In this document: positions 21,001 to 29,059 of the stretch, piece by piece
Layout: each line of letters starts with the position of its first letter
Position numbering within the stretch: position 1 is the stretch's first letter
DNA from: Rikenellaceae bacterium
GTDB taxonomy: Bacteria; Bacteroidota; Bacteroidia; Bacteroidales; UBA932
Length of the DNA: 64,000 nucleotides
Reading direction: 5' to 3'
Assembly: GCA_022777205.1 (NCBI GenBank)
Contig: JALFGP010000037.1
Location: 2,819 to 66,818 of the forward strand
The notes under the pieces: generated by a model
Database searches by the model: none
The model's input: only the letters and a program-made list of their open reading frames with translations
Told to the model about the DNA's origin: nothing
Position numbers and translations under genes: made by a program

Positions 21001-22533
21001 GTCAGAAGTGAGGTCTCCGGCTGCTGCAATACCCTGATAATCATATCCCAGCAGGTTCAATCTCCGGATTTTCAGAGAGTCGATATGGGCGCTCATCGAT
21101 GATTTGCCGTCCACGGGGATGACAAGTGATGCGGAGGTTTCCATCGTGACCGGTCCCACTGCCTGTATTCCGGCGATTTTGCCTGCATCAAGATCTTTTG
21201 TGCGTATGAGTCCCTTGAGCCGGATTGGTCTGTCCGGGTCTATGAGGTGGTTGAACTTGAGATCTGCCTCCATATTGCCGTTGAGGGAACTGATGCGGGG
21301 CATTACCCTGAGGTGGTTGAGTCTTCCTTCGACATTGCAGTCCATCATAAATCGCTGACCTTTAGCGAATTTGCGGAAGTCTATGCGTTCCTCAGTCCAG
21401 GCATTTACCAGTCGGTCCACACCCCGGCTGCTGAACATACAGGCGCTCAGCCTTGCATCGATGCGCATATCGTAAATGTCAGGTATATTGGATATGCGGC
21501 CGTTCACCGTGCCTGCAAAACTGCCGTCGTCCATATTGACCCTCACGTTTTTGAGCTGCATATTGCTCACCGGGCCGCTCACCTGACCGCTCACTCGGGC
21601 CCTCAATCCGGTGTTTTCGAGGGTGGGAGCGAAGAAGGTGAGGGTCTTGAAATCCAGAAAACTGTTTTCTATCCTGCCTTCCAGATGTACCTGGTTGAGA
21701 AAATCTGCGAAGTCGGGGGCTCCTGCATATCGCATCGCATAGAAGGGGAGTGACAGGTCGGAATAATCGTCCCGGATCTTGAGATTGCGTATGATGACAT
21801 TGCCGTTGCCTGCCCTTGCATCACCGCTGATGTGACGGCAGTTGAATCCGCTCCTTTCCCTGAAAGTCATTTCCAGCAGGTTTCCTCCTATGACCTTGCC
21901 CCTCATTTTCAGGTTCTTGCCCTTGAGGTTGATGTCCTTGACTTCGAGGTCGGTCCAATCTATGCCCACCTGTTCTCCGTTTTTGCGGTAGGTGCCTTCA
22001 GGGACTATCCTTTCAGGACCATAGTTGTACATACTGTAGCCCATATTCTCGATGCGCACGTCCCCGATGGAGAATATTTCCTTGTCCGGCACGGCTGTGG
22101 TGTCTTCCTTTGCCTCAAGTCCGAACATCCTTCCGAGGTTCACCTGTTCGCCTTCGAGTACGAGATTCATCTGTGCGTTGCGTATGCGGGCCTGGGAGAA
22201 ATGCAGGCCTTCGCCTCCCAAAAGACTTGAAAGACTGAATTTTACGCTGATGTTGCCGGCACGGAAAAGAGTGTCTATTGGAACGTCTCCTGGCTCGGGG
22301 GCTATGGGAGCGGTGTCGATTACGGCCAAATCGTCGATTATCAGCTGCGTGAAAGGCTTGAAATGGATATGGCTGAATGTGATGTCGGCGTTGGTGGCAT
22401 CCTTGAGTTTTGCCACGGCTTTTTCTGCAATGAAAGTCTGCACCGCCGGGGCTTGTATGGCTATGAATACAGCGGCTATGATTGCTGCTGCGATCACCAC
22501 CAGAATTTTCAATATGTGCAGAAACTTTTTCAT
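18034..22533 (-). CDS. tamB: Translocation and assembly module TamB (AsmA-like/DUF490)
   Basis: About 1500 aa, N-terminal TM anchor, beta-taco repeats, and a C-terminal LFNNRVIVNGN..GDIEIEIKL..G...Y..EF region. Divergent from tsaD. Confidence 0.85.
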   Translation of the reverse strand: MKKFLHILKILVVIAAAIIAAVFIAIQAPAVQTFIAEKAVAKLKDATNADITFSHIHFKPFTQLIIDDLAVIDTAPIAPEPGDVPIDTLFRAGNISVKFSLSSLLGGEGLHFSQARIRNAQMNLVLEGEQVNLGRMFGLEAKEDTTAVPDKEIFSIGDVRIENMGYSMYNYGPERIVPEGTYRKNGEQVGIDWTDLEVKDINLKGKNLKMRGKVIGGNLLEMTFRERSGFNCRHISGDARAGNGNVIIRNLKIRDDYSDLSLPFYAMRYAGAPDFADFLNQVHLEGRIENSFLDFKTLTFFAPTLENTGLRARVSGQVSGPVSNMQLKNVRVNMDDGSFAGTVNGRISNIPDIYDMRIDARLSACMFSSRGVDRLVNAWTEERIDFRKFAKGQRFMMDCNVEGRLNHLRVMPRISSLNGNMEADLKFNHLIDPDRPIRLKGLIRTKDLDAGKIAGIQAVGPVTMETSASLVIPVDGKSSMSAHIDSLKIRRLNLLGYDYQGIAAAGDLTSDYFDGKVICNDPNLNFLFQGLFTLVNDKSKSVNRIWKFYANIGHADLHALKLDKRPVSRLRLRTAANFTTSENRDVNGKISIDGVTLENSLGVHNIGNVDITADLKDNISRMKFKSAFLDGSFAGSASPLVFLDDLMSVTVDRDLPVLGNGSGKIFSGNRYEVNFDFSDSRDLLSFLIPGLYIADKSSVRLRLDAKGLATARVKSPRIAYKDKFIKDMDASFSNSEGSLSGSIFGNLVNIGPKMSIDEARLSLYADDDKFGIGFNYGESVEDGNDGEILTLGTLGRDKASDLSLQLRILPSGMRINSADWDIHEAELSIADGHIRIDGFGFSNGDQGISINGCIDSNGGDSLRVDMERFGIDLLNPLLPDNMQLSGSATGSALLVSPIASPDLNLDIVCDSAAIGGVNLGLLTARCHFDKTFKRFEAQINNLYEGQLRLDGHAFYTPSSQMLEADARFNGFNLGIAKPFVGEIFNEIGGELSGSLRYDSTPGRYRIASENLRLDNGLLSLIFTNVPYTVNGPLEIDTEGAHFKGISLKDRENGTGTLDGSILFGGFTRPELDLRATVHNMECLNVTQKESPYFYGHIYGSGSASIRGPFSALVLDIDASTEKTGDLHIPIPNTSTAGNNNLLRFKGIEVPVIVDPYEEMMKKIKDIESRTADFAINLRVNATPGVTAYIEIDKASGNVLSARGSGMVELNSSATRFDINGDYNISSGNYKFVALGIASRDFEIKEGSSIKFNGDIMDSNLNIDAVYKTKASLSTLIADTTSVNTRRNVECGIQITDKLSNPRIGFSIDVPDIDPTVKSKVESALSTEDKIQKQFLSLIISNAFLPDEQSGIFNTSTILASNLSEVMSGQLNNILQRLNIPLDLGLNYQPNDRGNDVFDVAVSTQLFNNRVIVNGNIGNRQYKTSGSNTDIVGDIEIEIKLDRKGSWRLNLFSHSADQYTNYLDNSQRNGLGMAYQVEFNGISDEDRKDLQTISIEEALK

Positions 22534-22696
22534 CAATGCCCCGATGCCGGCCGTTCTTTTATTTCCATAAATCTTACAAATTTATAAAATTGCCCCGAGA
22601 TAAAGCCAAGTATTGCATTTTTTCTGCTAATTTTGTGCGATTTTCGCGGTCTTTAGGCATAAGCCGTGGATGCAATACATATAAACCCGATACCAA

Positions 22697-23725
22697 ATGA
22701 GCGATATAATACTCGGCATAGAATCTTCCTGCGACGACACCTCCGCTGCCATAATCCGCGACGGTGTGCTGCTCTCCAATGTAATTGCCAGCCAGGATGT
22801 CCACAAAGCCTACGGCGGCGTAATACCGGAATTGGCCTCCAGGGCGCATCAGCAGAACATTGTGCCTGTGGTGAGTGAGGCAATCCATCGCGCAGGCATA
22901 TCCAAGGAAGACATCACTGCCATAGCCTTCACCAGAGGACCCGGCCTTTTGGGCTCTCTGCTTGTGGGCACTTCTTTTGCCAAGACTCTTGCCATATCTC
23001 TGAATGTCCCTCTGATTGAAGTGAACCATCTTCAGGGGCATATTCTCGCCAATTTCGTAAAGCAGCCGGACAAGGATGTGCCTATGCCTTCATTCCCATA
23101 TCTTTGCCTCTTGGTTTCAGGTGGCAACTCCCAGATAGTCAGGGTGGATGACCCTTTGCATTACGAAATTTTGGGCCGTACAATAGACGATGCTGTAGGA
23201 GAAGCCTTCGACAAATGTTCCAAGATGATGGGTCTGGGCTATCCTGGAGGTCCTGTCATTGACAGACTGGCAAAAGAGGGCAATCCGGACCGCTTCAAAT
23301 TTTCCAAGCCCCATATCCCCGGCCTGGACTACAGTTTCAGCGGCATCAAGACTTCTTTGCTTTATTTTGTGAGGGATCAGATGGCCTTGAACCCCGGTTT
23401 TATGGAAGAGAACAAGGCGGACATCTGTGCATCTTTCCAGAAGACTCTCATTGACATCCTCATGGACAAACTCATTAAAGCGGTGAAACAGACGGGCATA
23501 ACACAAGTTACCGCCGGCGGAGGAGTCTCGGCCAACAGCGGTCTGAGAAATCGTCTCACAGAAGAAGGCCGCAAAAGGGGCTGGACGGTCTATCTGCCTG
23601 AATTCAAGTTCACCACAGACAATGCCGCGATGATTGCCATTGCCGGCTATTACCACTATCTCAACGGCGAAAGAACCTCTCTGGACGTGGCTCCGCTGTC
23701 CAGAATGGAAGCTTTTGCAAAATAA
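22697..23725 (+). CDS. tsaD: tRNA t6A37 N6-threonylcarbamoyltransferase TsaD
   Basis: LGIESSCDDT, GGVIPELASRAH, VNHLQGH, DDAVGEAFDK and TDNAAMIA motifs. Confidence 0.97.
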   Translation: MSDIILGIESSCDDTSAAIIRDGVLLSNVIASQDVHKAYGGVIPELASRAHQQNIVPVVSEAIHRAGISKEDITAIAFTRGPGLLGSLLVGTSFAKTLAISLNVPLIEVNHLQGHILANFVKQPDKDVPMPSFPYLCLLVSGGNSQIVRVDDPLHYEILGRTIDDAVGEAFDKCSKMMGLGYPGGPVIDRLAKEGNPDRFKFSKPHIPGLDYSFSGIKTSLLYFVRDQMALNPGFMEENKADICASFQKTLIDILMDKLIKAVKQTGITQVTAGGGVSANSGLRNRLTEEGRKRGWTVYLPEFKFTTDNAAMIAIAGYYHYLNGERTSLDVAPLSRMEAFAK

Positions 23726-23731
23726 CTGCTT

Positions 23732-25321
23732 ATGAAGGAAATAGAACTTACCTGCAAAATAGGACGTGAAATCCCGGAAGCGGAACTCAAGGCTGCTGCC
23801 GCAAAGGCCCTTGGCGTGGCACCCAAGGCAGTGGGGGAGTGCCGTCTGATGCGTCGTTCGGTGGATGCCAGGACGGATGTGCTGTGGAGAATGCGCTACC
23901 AGGTCTGCAAGATTGGCGAAACCCTTGATTCATACAGACTTGCTCCATATAAGGATGTCCATTCATCGCCTTCGGTAATCGTTGTGGGGGCAGGTCCTGC
24001 GGGTATGTTTGCTGCTCTGAAACTCCTGGCTCTGGGTTTGAAACCTGTGGTTCTGGAAAGGGGAAAGGATGTGCACGCAAGGAAGGTTGATGTGGCCCGT
24101 CTGTCGGACAAGGGAATTGTGAACCCGGACAGCAATTACTGCTTCGGGGAAGGAGGAGCCGGCACATTCTCGGACGGAAAGCTATACACCCGTTCCACAA
24201 AGAGGGGAGACATAAGGGAAGTCCTGCACCAGCTGGTCCTTTTCGGAGCTTCGGAGTCCATTCTGACCGATGCCCACCCGCATATAGGCAGCGACCGGCT
24301 CCCGCAGATTGTGGAAAACATACGCAAGTGCATAGTAGAGCACGGAGGGGAGTATCATTTCAATTCAAGAGTTTGTGACATAGTGCCTTGCGCTGACGGC
24401 TCTTATGTTGTCAAGGTCGAGGACGGTTCCGGTGATGAAGCTGTCCGAGCCGAATACAGGGCCGGGAAGGTGATTCTTGCAACAGGCCATTCCGCCCGTG
24501 ACATCTACGAACTCTTCGCACGCAGGGGCTGGGCTCTGGAGGCCAAGGGATTTGCTCTCGGAGTGAGGGTGGAACATCCCCAGTCGCTGATTAACAGGAT
24601 TCAATATCACGGTAAGTATCAGCCTTTTATGCCCACCGCTGAATATTCTTTCGTGCAGCAGATTGAGGGACGCGGAGTCTTCTCGTTCTGTATGTGTCCC
24701 GGTGGAATTCTTGTGCCGTCTGCGACTGGTGAAGGGGAGTGCGTGCTGAACGGTATGTCCAATTCAATGAGAAATTCCAAGTGGGCGAATTCGGGAGTGG
24801 TGGTGAGCGTGGAGCCGGAGGATGTGCAGGGCTATGAGTCCTATGGTCCGCTTTCAGTGATGCATTTCCAGATGGATGTGGAACGCCGCCTCTACGATTG
24901 GGTGCAGAAGCATTCACCGCGCAATCCCCTGGCCGCTCCCGGACAGAGAATGATGGATTTCTGCAGGGGCATACAGTCGGCCAACCTTCCGACAAGTTCC
25001 TACCATCCCGGAGTGATTTCCGCCCCTCTGCACGAACTGCTGCCCGAAAATGTAAGACTGCGTCTGAAATACGCATTTCCGGCTGTAGGCAACAAGATGA
25101 GGGGCTATTACACCAACGATGCCCTGCTGCTCGGAGTGGAATCCCGCACCTCCAGCCCCGTCCGCATCCCCCGCGATCCCGAAACAATGTCCCACCCAGA
25201 CCTTCCTGGCCTCTACCCCTGCGGAGAAGGAGCCGGTTACGCAGGCGGGATAGTCTCCAGCGCCCTTGATGGCATCAACTGCGCGGCGGCTTGCTCGGGT
25301 GAAAGTCCATTACCGGCTTGA
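23732..25321 (+). CDS. NAD(P)/FAD-dependent oxidoreductase (COG2509-like)
   Basis: VGAGPAG, GEGGAGTFSDGKL, FCMCPGG, ESRTSSPVRI and GEGAGYAGGI motifs. Confidence 0.88.
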   Translation: MKEIELTCKIGREIPEAELKAAAAKALGVAPKAVGECRLMRRSVDARTDVLWRMRYQVCKIGETLDSYRLAPYKDVHSSPSVIVVGAGPAGMFAALKLLALGLKPVVLERGKDVHARKVDVARLSDKGIVNPDSNYCFGEGGAGTFSDGKLYTRSTKRGDIREVLHQLVLFGASESILTDAHPHIGSDRLPQIVENIRKCIVEHGGEYHFNSRVCDIVPCADGSYVVKVEDGSGDEAVRAEYRAGKVILATGHSARDIYELFARRGWALEAKGFALGVRVEHPQSLINRIQYHGKYQPFMPTAEYSFVQQIEGRGVFSFCMCPGGILVPSATGEGECVLNGMSNSMRNSKWANSGVVVSVEPEDVQGYESYGPLSVMHFQMDVERRLYDWVQKHSPRNPLAAPGQRMMDFCRGIQSANLPTSSYHPGVISAPLHELLPENVRLRLKYAFPAVGNKMRGYYTNDALLLGVESRTSSPVRIPRDPETMSHPDLPGLYPCGEGAGYAGGIVSSALDGINCAAACSGESPLPA

Positions 25322-25368
25322 GGACTCTTCCGGAGCAACTATCATTAACTATTTCTGAACCTGTAAAG

Positions 25369-25440
25369 ATAATTTAAGTCTCGCAAGCCTTTCCAATGGA
25401 CTTTAAATCATATAATTATGACTTGCGAAACTTGATTTAT
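25369..25440. repeat. Imperfect 19-bp inverted repeat at the left edge of the AT-rich island
   Basis: ataatttaagtctcgcaag (25369-25387) and cttgcgaaacttgatttat (25422-25440) match at 16/19 positions, with a 34-nt spacer. Confidence 0.6.
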
Positions 25441-25470
25441 TAACCAATAGCACATGTTCCAAACAATTGG

Positions 25471-26364
25471 TTATTTCCAGAGAGGTTCAGTATCCCAGCC
25501 AGTAGGGAATCCCATAGCCCTCAAATCAATCTGAGGAAACTTGCTAAATAAAGTGTGTAATTTGTTCTTGAAATCATTGCTTGGTGAAATGATATCCAAG
25601 AAGAACTTAATCATACAGATGTTAAAGTAAATTCTGTCTTTTGCTACAGGAATAGTCAACCAAGGACGTGACATCTGTTTCGCATCCGCAGGAATAATCA
25701 AGTTAACCTTGTTCCATACACGCGCGTGATGACAACAAGCATTTCGTGTTAGAGCCAATGTCGTCACCCATGATTCCAAGGCTTGAGGCTGCAGGTGGAA
25801 CTGTCTTGCAATCTGCTTTCTGATTCTTTGGTCTGCCAGATTCTTGTATAACTGTACTGTAGTACCAAAAGGAATAATCTCTGAAATCATCCATGCAGGA
25901 GCATAAGGATCAGAATAGGTGTTCTTAAAATGCTTGATGAAATCTTCGGTAGATTTCTTGTACTCAGCATCGATGAACGAAAACGTCTTTACATACGATA
26001 CATGGTTCCTGAAATGCCTTGAATCTGTCATCCAGAAAATATCTCCGCTCATTCTTGCGGTAACATTGGCAACAGCCTCTCGGAAAGCAATCTCGATCTT
26101 CTCAATCTCATTAAAGAGGAGAACCCTGAGCTTTTTATCGAAACGATAGAGATCCAGTACATTGTCGAAAGTCACACCTGGCTTAAAGATGTGATTGGTC
26201 TTTGGCATTGTTAAGAATGGAAGCATGTAAGCACTCAGACGATAATAACCAATGTTCTGAATGTACGCCTCTGCTCTCTGTTCATCATTGATTACCAGCC
26301 CTCGTGATTTGAGAAGTTGCACGAGATCAAAAGGGGAAGAATATCCTTTTGTAAAAGCAGCCAT
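25471..26364 (-). CDS. abiF: Abi family protein (AbiD/AbiF, Abi_2), HEPN RNase toxin
   Basis: L..RGL.I, IGYYRLSAY, LY.FDKKLR.L, IEKIEIAFR, P.WMISE..FG and HEPN R-x4-H (RNACCH) followed by HARVWN. Start trimmed to MAAFTK at 26364. Confidence 0.9.
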   Translation of the reverse strand: MAAFTKGYSSPFDLVQLLKSRGLVINDEQRAEAYIQNIGYYRLSAYMLPFLTMPKTNHIFKPGVTFDNVLDLYRFDKKLRVLLFNEIEKIEIAFREAVANVTARMSGDIFWMTDSRHFRNHVSYVKTFSFIDAEYKKSTEDFIKHFKNTYSDPYAPAWMISEIIPFGTTVQLYKNLADQRIRKQIARQFHLQPQALESWVTTLALTRNACCHHARVWNKVNLIIPADAKQMSRPWLTIPVAKDRIYFNICMIKFFLDIISPSNDFKNKLHTLFSKFPQIDLRAMGFPTGWDTEPLWK

Positions 26365-26373
26365 AAGTGTTAT

Positions 26374-26428
26374 AAAATAAAAAGCCCCACCTATTTGAGC
26401 ATTGTGAAGAGGCTTGGCGGGAACTAAC
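26374..26428 (-). ncRNA. abiF-type structured RNA (putative RNA antitoxin) in the leader of abiF
   Basis: GUUAGUUCCCGCCAAGCCUCUUCACAAUGCUCAAAUAGGUGGGGCUUUUUAUUUU. Outer stem CCGCC/GGUGG, inner AGC/GCU hairpin, U-tract. Starts right after a consensus promoter. Confidence 0.75.
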
Positions 26429-26432
26429 GATG

Positions 26433-26463
26433 CAAAGGTAGCAATTAATTTCTTATTTGCAAA
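26433..26463 (-). promoter_or_regulatory. Dedicated promoter for the abiF RNA and abiF
   Basis: Minus strand TTTG (26460-26463), a 19-nt spacer, then TACCTTTG (26433-26440). Confidence 0.8.
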
Positions 26464-26640
26464 CATTGTGTAAACATCATAGGCAGATATCTAACCATAA
26501 AACATTATATCATAAGAATTGAAGATTGGTATTATGCATAAAACTATTTCACTACATTTTTAATCATTTCTCGTATTGTATTGTTTTCAAGCCTTATTTT
26601 GTTTAAGTAAGACAGTCTTGTTATTTGTTCCTTCGGAAAG

Positions 26641-26667
26641 AAAAAGCCTCCGGGGAAACCGAAGGCT
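26641..26667 (-). terminator. Intrinsic terminator closing the WYL operon
   Basis: Minus strand agccttcgg-tttc-cccggaggct followed by a T-run. Confidence 0.75.
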
Positions 26668-26713
26668 AAATCTTTTTTAGAGTGCATGTGGCCGTAACCG
26701 CATTTCTTGTCAA

Positions 26714-26905
26714 TCATACGGCACTGTTATAACTTAATCCTCTTCTCTTAGCATATCTTTTCAATCTGGATTGATTGATATTGTAAAGTGACTCTCCAAT
26801 CTCCCACATACGTTGAGCTTCGCTTCCCTGAAGGTAAGCAAAGTCCTCATCCTTCTGTTTAATGCAGTTCAATACTGCCGCAGACTTCCAATCATTGCAC
26901 TGCTC
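26714..26905 (-). pseudogene. Start-less 63-codon remnant resembling the C-terminus of DUF6577/AbiEi-like antitoxins
   Basis: Hand-translated frame EQCNDWKSAAVLNCIKQKDEDFAYLQGSEAQRMWEIGESLYNINQSRLKRYAKRRGLSYNSAV*, preceded by an in-frame TGA. The YLQGSE..Y.IN.SRL.RYA.RR pattern is recalled from that family. Confidence 0.4.
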
Positions 26906-26928
26906 TCAGACTAGATCGATGTGTTCAT

Positions 26929-27492
26929 TCAGACCAATGATTTAATGCTAATATTTATGCATTTTGTGTCTCCAAACTGAATAGTTTCTCCTACAGTGGA
27001 ATGGATATGGCCGAAAAGATGGTACTTAGGCTTAGCCTTCATAATGAAGTTTAGTATGTTGGTCGAACCCATATTTTCATCAAGAATCCCCAAAGGTGGA
27101 TTATGGGTCACAACGATGTCTATATCATCAGGTATATCCTCATCTGATACTGAAGAGTTGTCAGAAATAGAGGCTATAATCATACCATCACAATCCTCGA
27201 TAGCGTCCTCAAGAACCGTAATACCTTTCGCTGTCATTCTACGGATAATTATATGTGCCTGACCTAACTCAAAGGATAACTCATGATTACCTGGTACGAA
27301 TATTTTCCACTTGCATGGTAGAGCAGAGAACCATTCTATGAAATCGTCATACTCATCTCCCACAAGATTGTCTTCTACTGCATCGCCGGCACAAATCACT
27401 ATATCAACGTTCTCCGGCACCTGCAGTTCTCTATGTCTGCCATGGGTGTCGGAGAATGCGAAGATATGTTTATTGTTTAGATTCAGAATCAC
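26929..27492 (-). CDS. Calcineurin-like metallophosphoesterase (MPPED/Rv0805-like)
   Basis: SDTHG, AGD, GNHE, THNPP and GHIH metal motifs. GTG start at 27492 chosen to avoid overlapping the upstream gene; the start is uncertain. Confidence 0.85.
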   Translation of the reverse strand: MILNLNNKHIFAFSDTHGRHRELQVPENVDIVICAGDAVEDNLVGDEYDDFIEWFSALPCKWKIFVPGNHELSFELGQAHIIIRRMTAKGITVLEDAIEDCDGMIIASISDNSSVSDEDIPDDIDIVVTHNPPLGILDENMGSTNILNFIMKAKPKYHLFGHIHSTVGETIQFGDTKCINISIKSLV

Positions 27493-27505
27493 AATTATAC
27501 TTAAG

Positions 27506-28147
27506 TTATAATAGGGACTTCCATCTGTCAGAACCCTCTGAATATGTCTCCCCGTTAATAATATGACAAACATATTTTACCTTGTTTCTCATACAAATCC
27601 TATTGGATGCTATTTGCATCAATGTTCTGTTGTTCGCATTGTCGCCTAACAGATGAACAAAATATGCATCATAATTAGATCCGTCTTTATTCAGTTTAAG
27701 AAAGTCTTTTGCAAACTCCTTTACGGGAGACATACCAGCCTTAAATTCAATACAGCAAATCCGTTCACCTTTGTCATTATAAACGACCAAGTCAAATTTT
27801 CCAGAGACACCTTTGTTCTTCTCGGCTATTTGGGGTTCAATTTCTTGTGAAAAAACATATCTCTTATCTGTTGGAGTCTCAACAGAATAATAGTATGGCC
27901 AGTTCTCCTTCTCACATATTTTATTGAACTGCTCAACAAATGCAAATCTAAGTTCTTGTTCACTTACCCTAGTCTTAGCCTTGCGCTCCATATCATCTTT
28001 ATGCTTAAGGCTGTATCGCGGGAACACAAGACGTGATTCCTTGCATGGATGGAAGCTAATATCTTCTCGATTATTTGAAAAAATAACATCAATGACTTTG
28101 AAAGTCTCATCTAGAATAGATTCGATGTGCTCATTAAATTCACTCAT
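27506..28147 (-). CDS. Uncharacterised protein with a PD-(D/E)xK nuclease-like motif
   Basis: SEQELR ... GKFDLVVY ... CCIEFK ... KDFLKL fits an E..D..ExK catalytic arrangement. Confidence 0.55.
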   Translation of the reverse strand: MSEFNEHIESILDETFKVIDVIFSNNREDISFHPCKESRLVFPRYSLKHKDDMERKAKTRVSEQELRFAFVEQFNKICEKENWPYYYSVETPTDKRYVFSQEIEPQIAEKNKGVSGKFDLVVYNDKGERICCIEFKAGMSPVKEFAKDFLKLNKDGSNYDAYFVHLLGDNANNRTLMQIASNRICMRNKVKYVCHIINGETYSEGSDRWKSLL

Positions 28148-28150
28148 AAT

Positions 28151-29056
28151 TCATTGTTTTTTATATGACACCTGGTCATGTAGTTCAAATTCGAAATTGT
28201 ATTGAGGTTTTGGAAGACCTAAATGCTCAGATTGGTAGTTCATAGCCGCATCAAATAGCCACTTGAAGTCTCCAAAGGAACTAATTTCTGCCAATGTTTC
28301 ATTATACTCTTCCAAAATCTTTGACTGAAACGCATGAATGTTTTGATTTGAAAAATCTGTATCAAAGTTAGGATTAAAAATCAGATAAATAAATCTGACA
28401 TTGGAGTTCGCATGGCTCTCAAGGATGTTGGCACAGATTCCCAAGAAATGACAAATCAATTGTTTTACATCGAAATGAGAAATGTACTTCCCGTTCATAC
28501 TAAATGAACAAGCCATGTAGTCAGGCTCATTCTCAATTGGAGTTTCTTCATACGAGAATCCGGAGTTTACGGATTTTATGTGTTCGTATACATCCTTGTA
28601 CACACGTGAAATCTTCTGATTCAGATGTGTTGAGTATATTTCTCTACACTTTGCTTCAACAAAAACATCTTCCGTTGGACTAGAAAGATAACCATCAAGA
28701 TTCGCTGTGTGGCCGACTCTGGTTGGTAATTGTTTCTCAAAACAGAAACCAGGGACTGATTTGGAGCACTCATATATTAGTCTGCTGGATGAGCCAAAAG
28801 ATGCCATCTTAGGCGGATTCAGGCCCCATCTACCTTGCTTTTCAATGAGTTCTCCTCCATCAGCATCGTTATATTGCGCAAAATGGAGTGGTGACATTGA
28901 ATCAATAAATCGTTTCCAATCATCATTGCTAAGATAATTGTTGTACGGAGATTTGCCGCTGATCTCATAGCCATATCCAACTTTCTTTTGTCCGTCCCTA
29001 ATTGCAAAGTCAAGTGCAGTGGCTTTATCAATGGATGGTTTATATTGTTTTTCCAT
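28151..29056 (-). CDS. Putative restriction endonuclease-fold protein (PGN_0703/REase-ARP-like)
   Basis: ASFGSSS, FEKQLPT, ANLDG, VFVEAKCRE and KQLICH motifs (D..EAK). Confidence 0.6.
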   Translation of the reverse strand: MEKQYKPSIDKATALDFAIRDGQKKVGYGYEISGKSPYNNYLSNDDWKRFIDSMSPLHFAQYNDADGGELIEKQGRWGLNPPKMASFGSSSRLIYECSKSVPGFCFEKQLPTRVGHTANLDGYLSSPTEDVFVEAKCREIYSTHLNQKISRVYKDVYEHIKSVNSGFSYEETPIENEPDYMACSFSMNGKYISHFDVKQLICHFLGICANILESHANSNVRFIYLIFNPNFDTDFSNQNIHAFQSKILEEYNETLAEISSFGDFKWLFDAAMNYQSEHLGLPKPQYNFEFELHDQVSYKKQ

Positions 29057-29059
29057 AGT

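Noticed and set aside
25401-25430. dif-like CATA..TTATG palindrome
   Set aside because: The spacing between the half-sites is far shorter than the 11-6-11 Xer architecture, and the arms do not match XerC/D consensus.
26365-26466. 34-aa N-terminal extension of AbiF in the ORF track
   Set aside because: It spans the promoter and the structured RNA; the family-like sequence begins at MAAFTK (26364).
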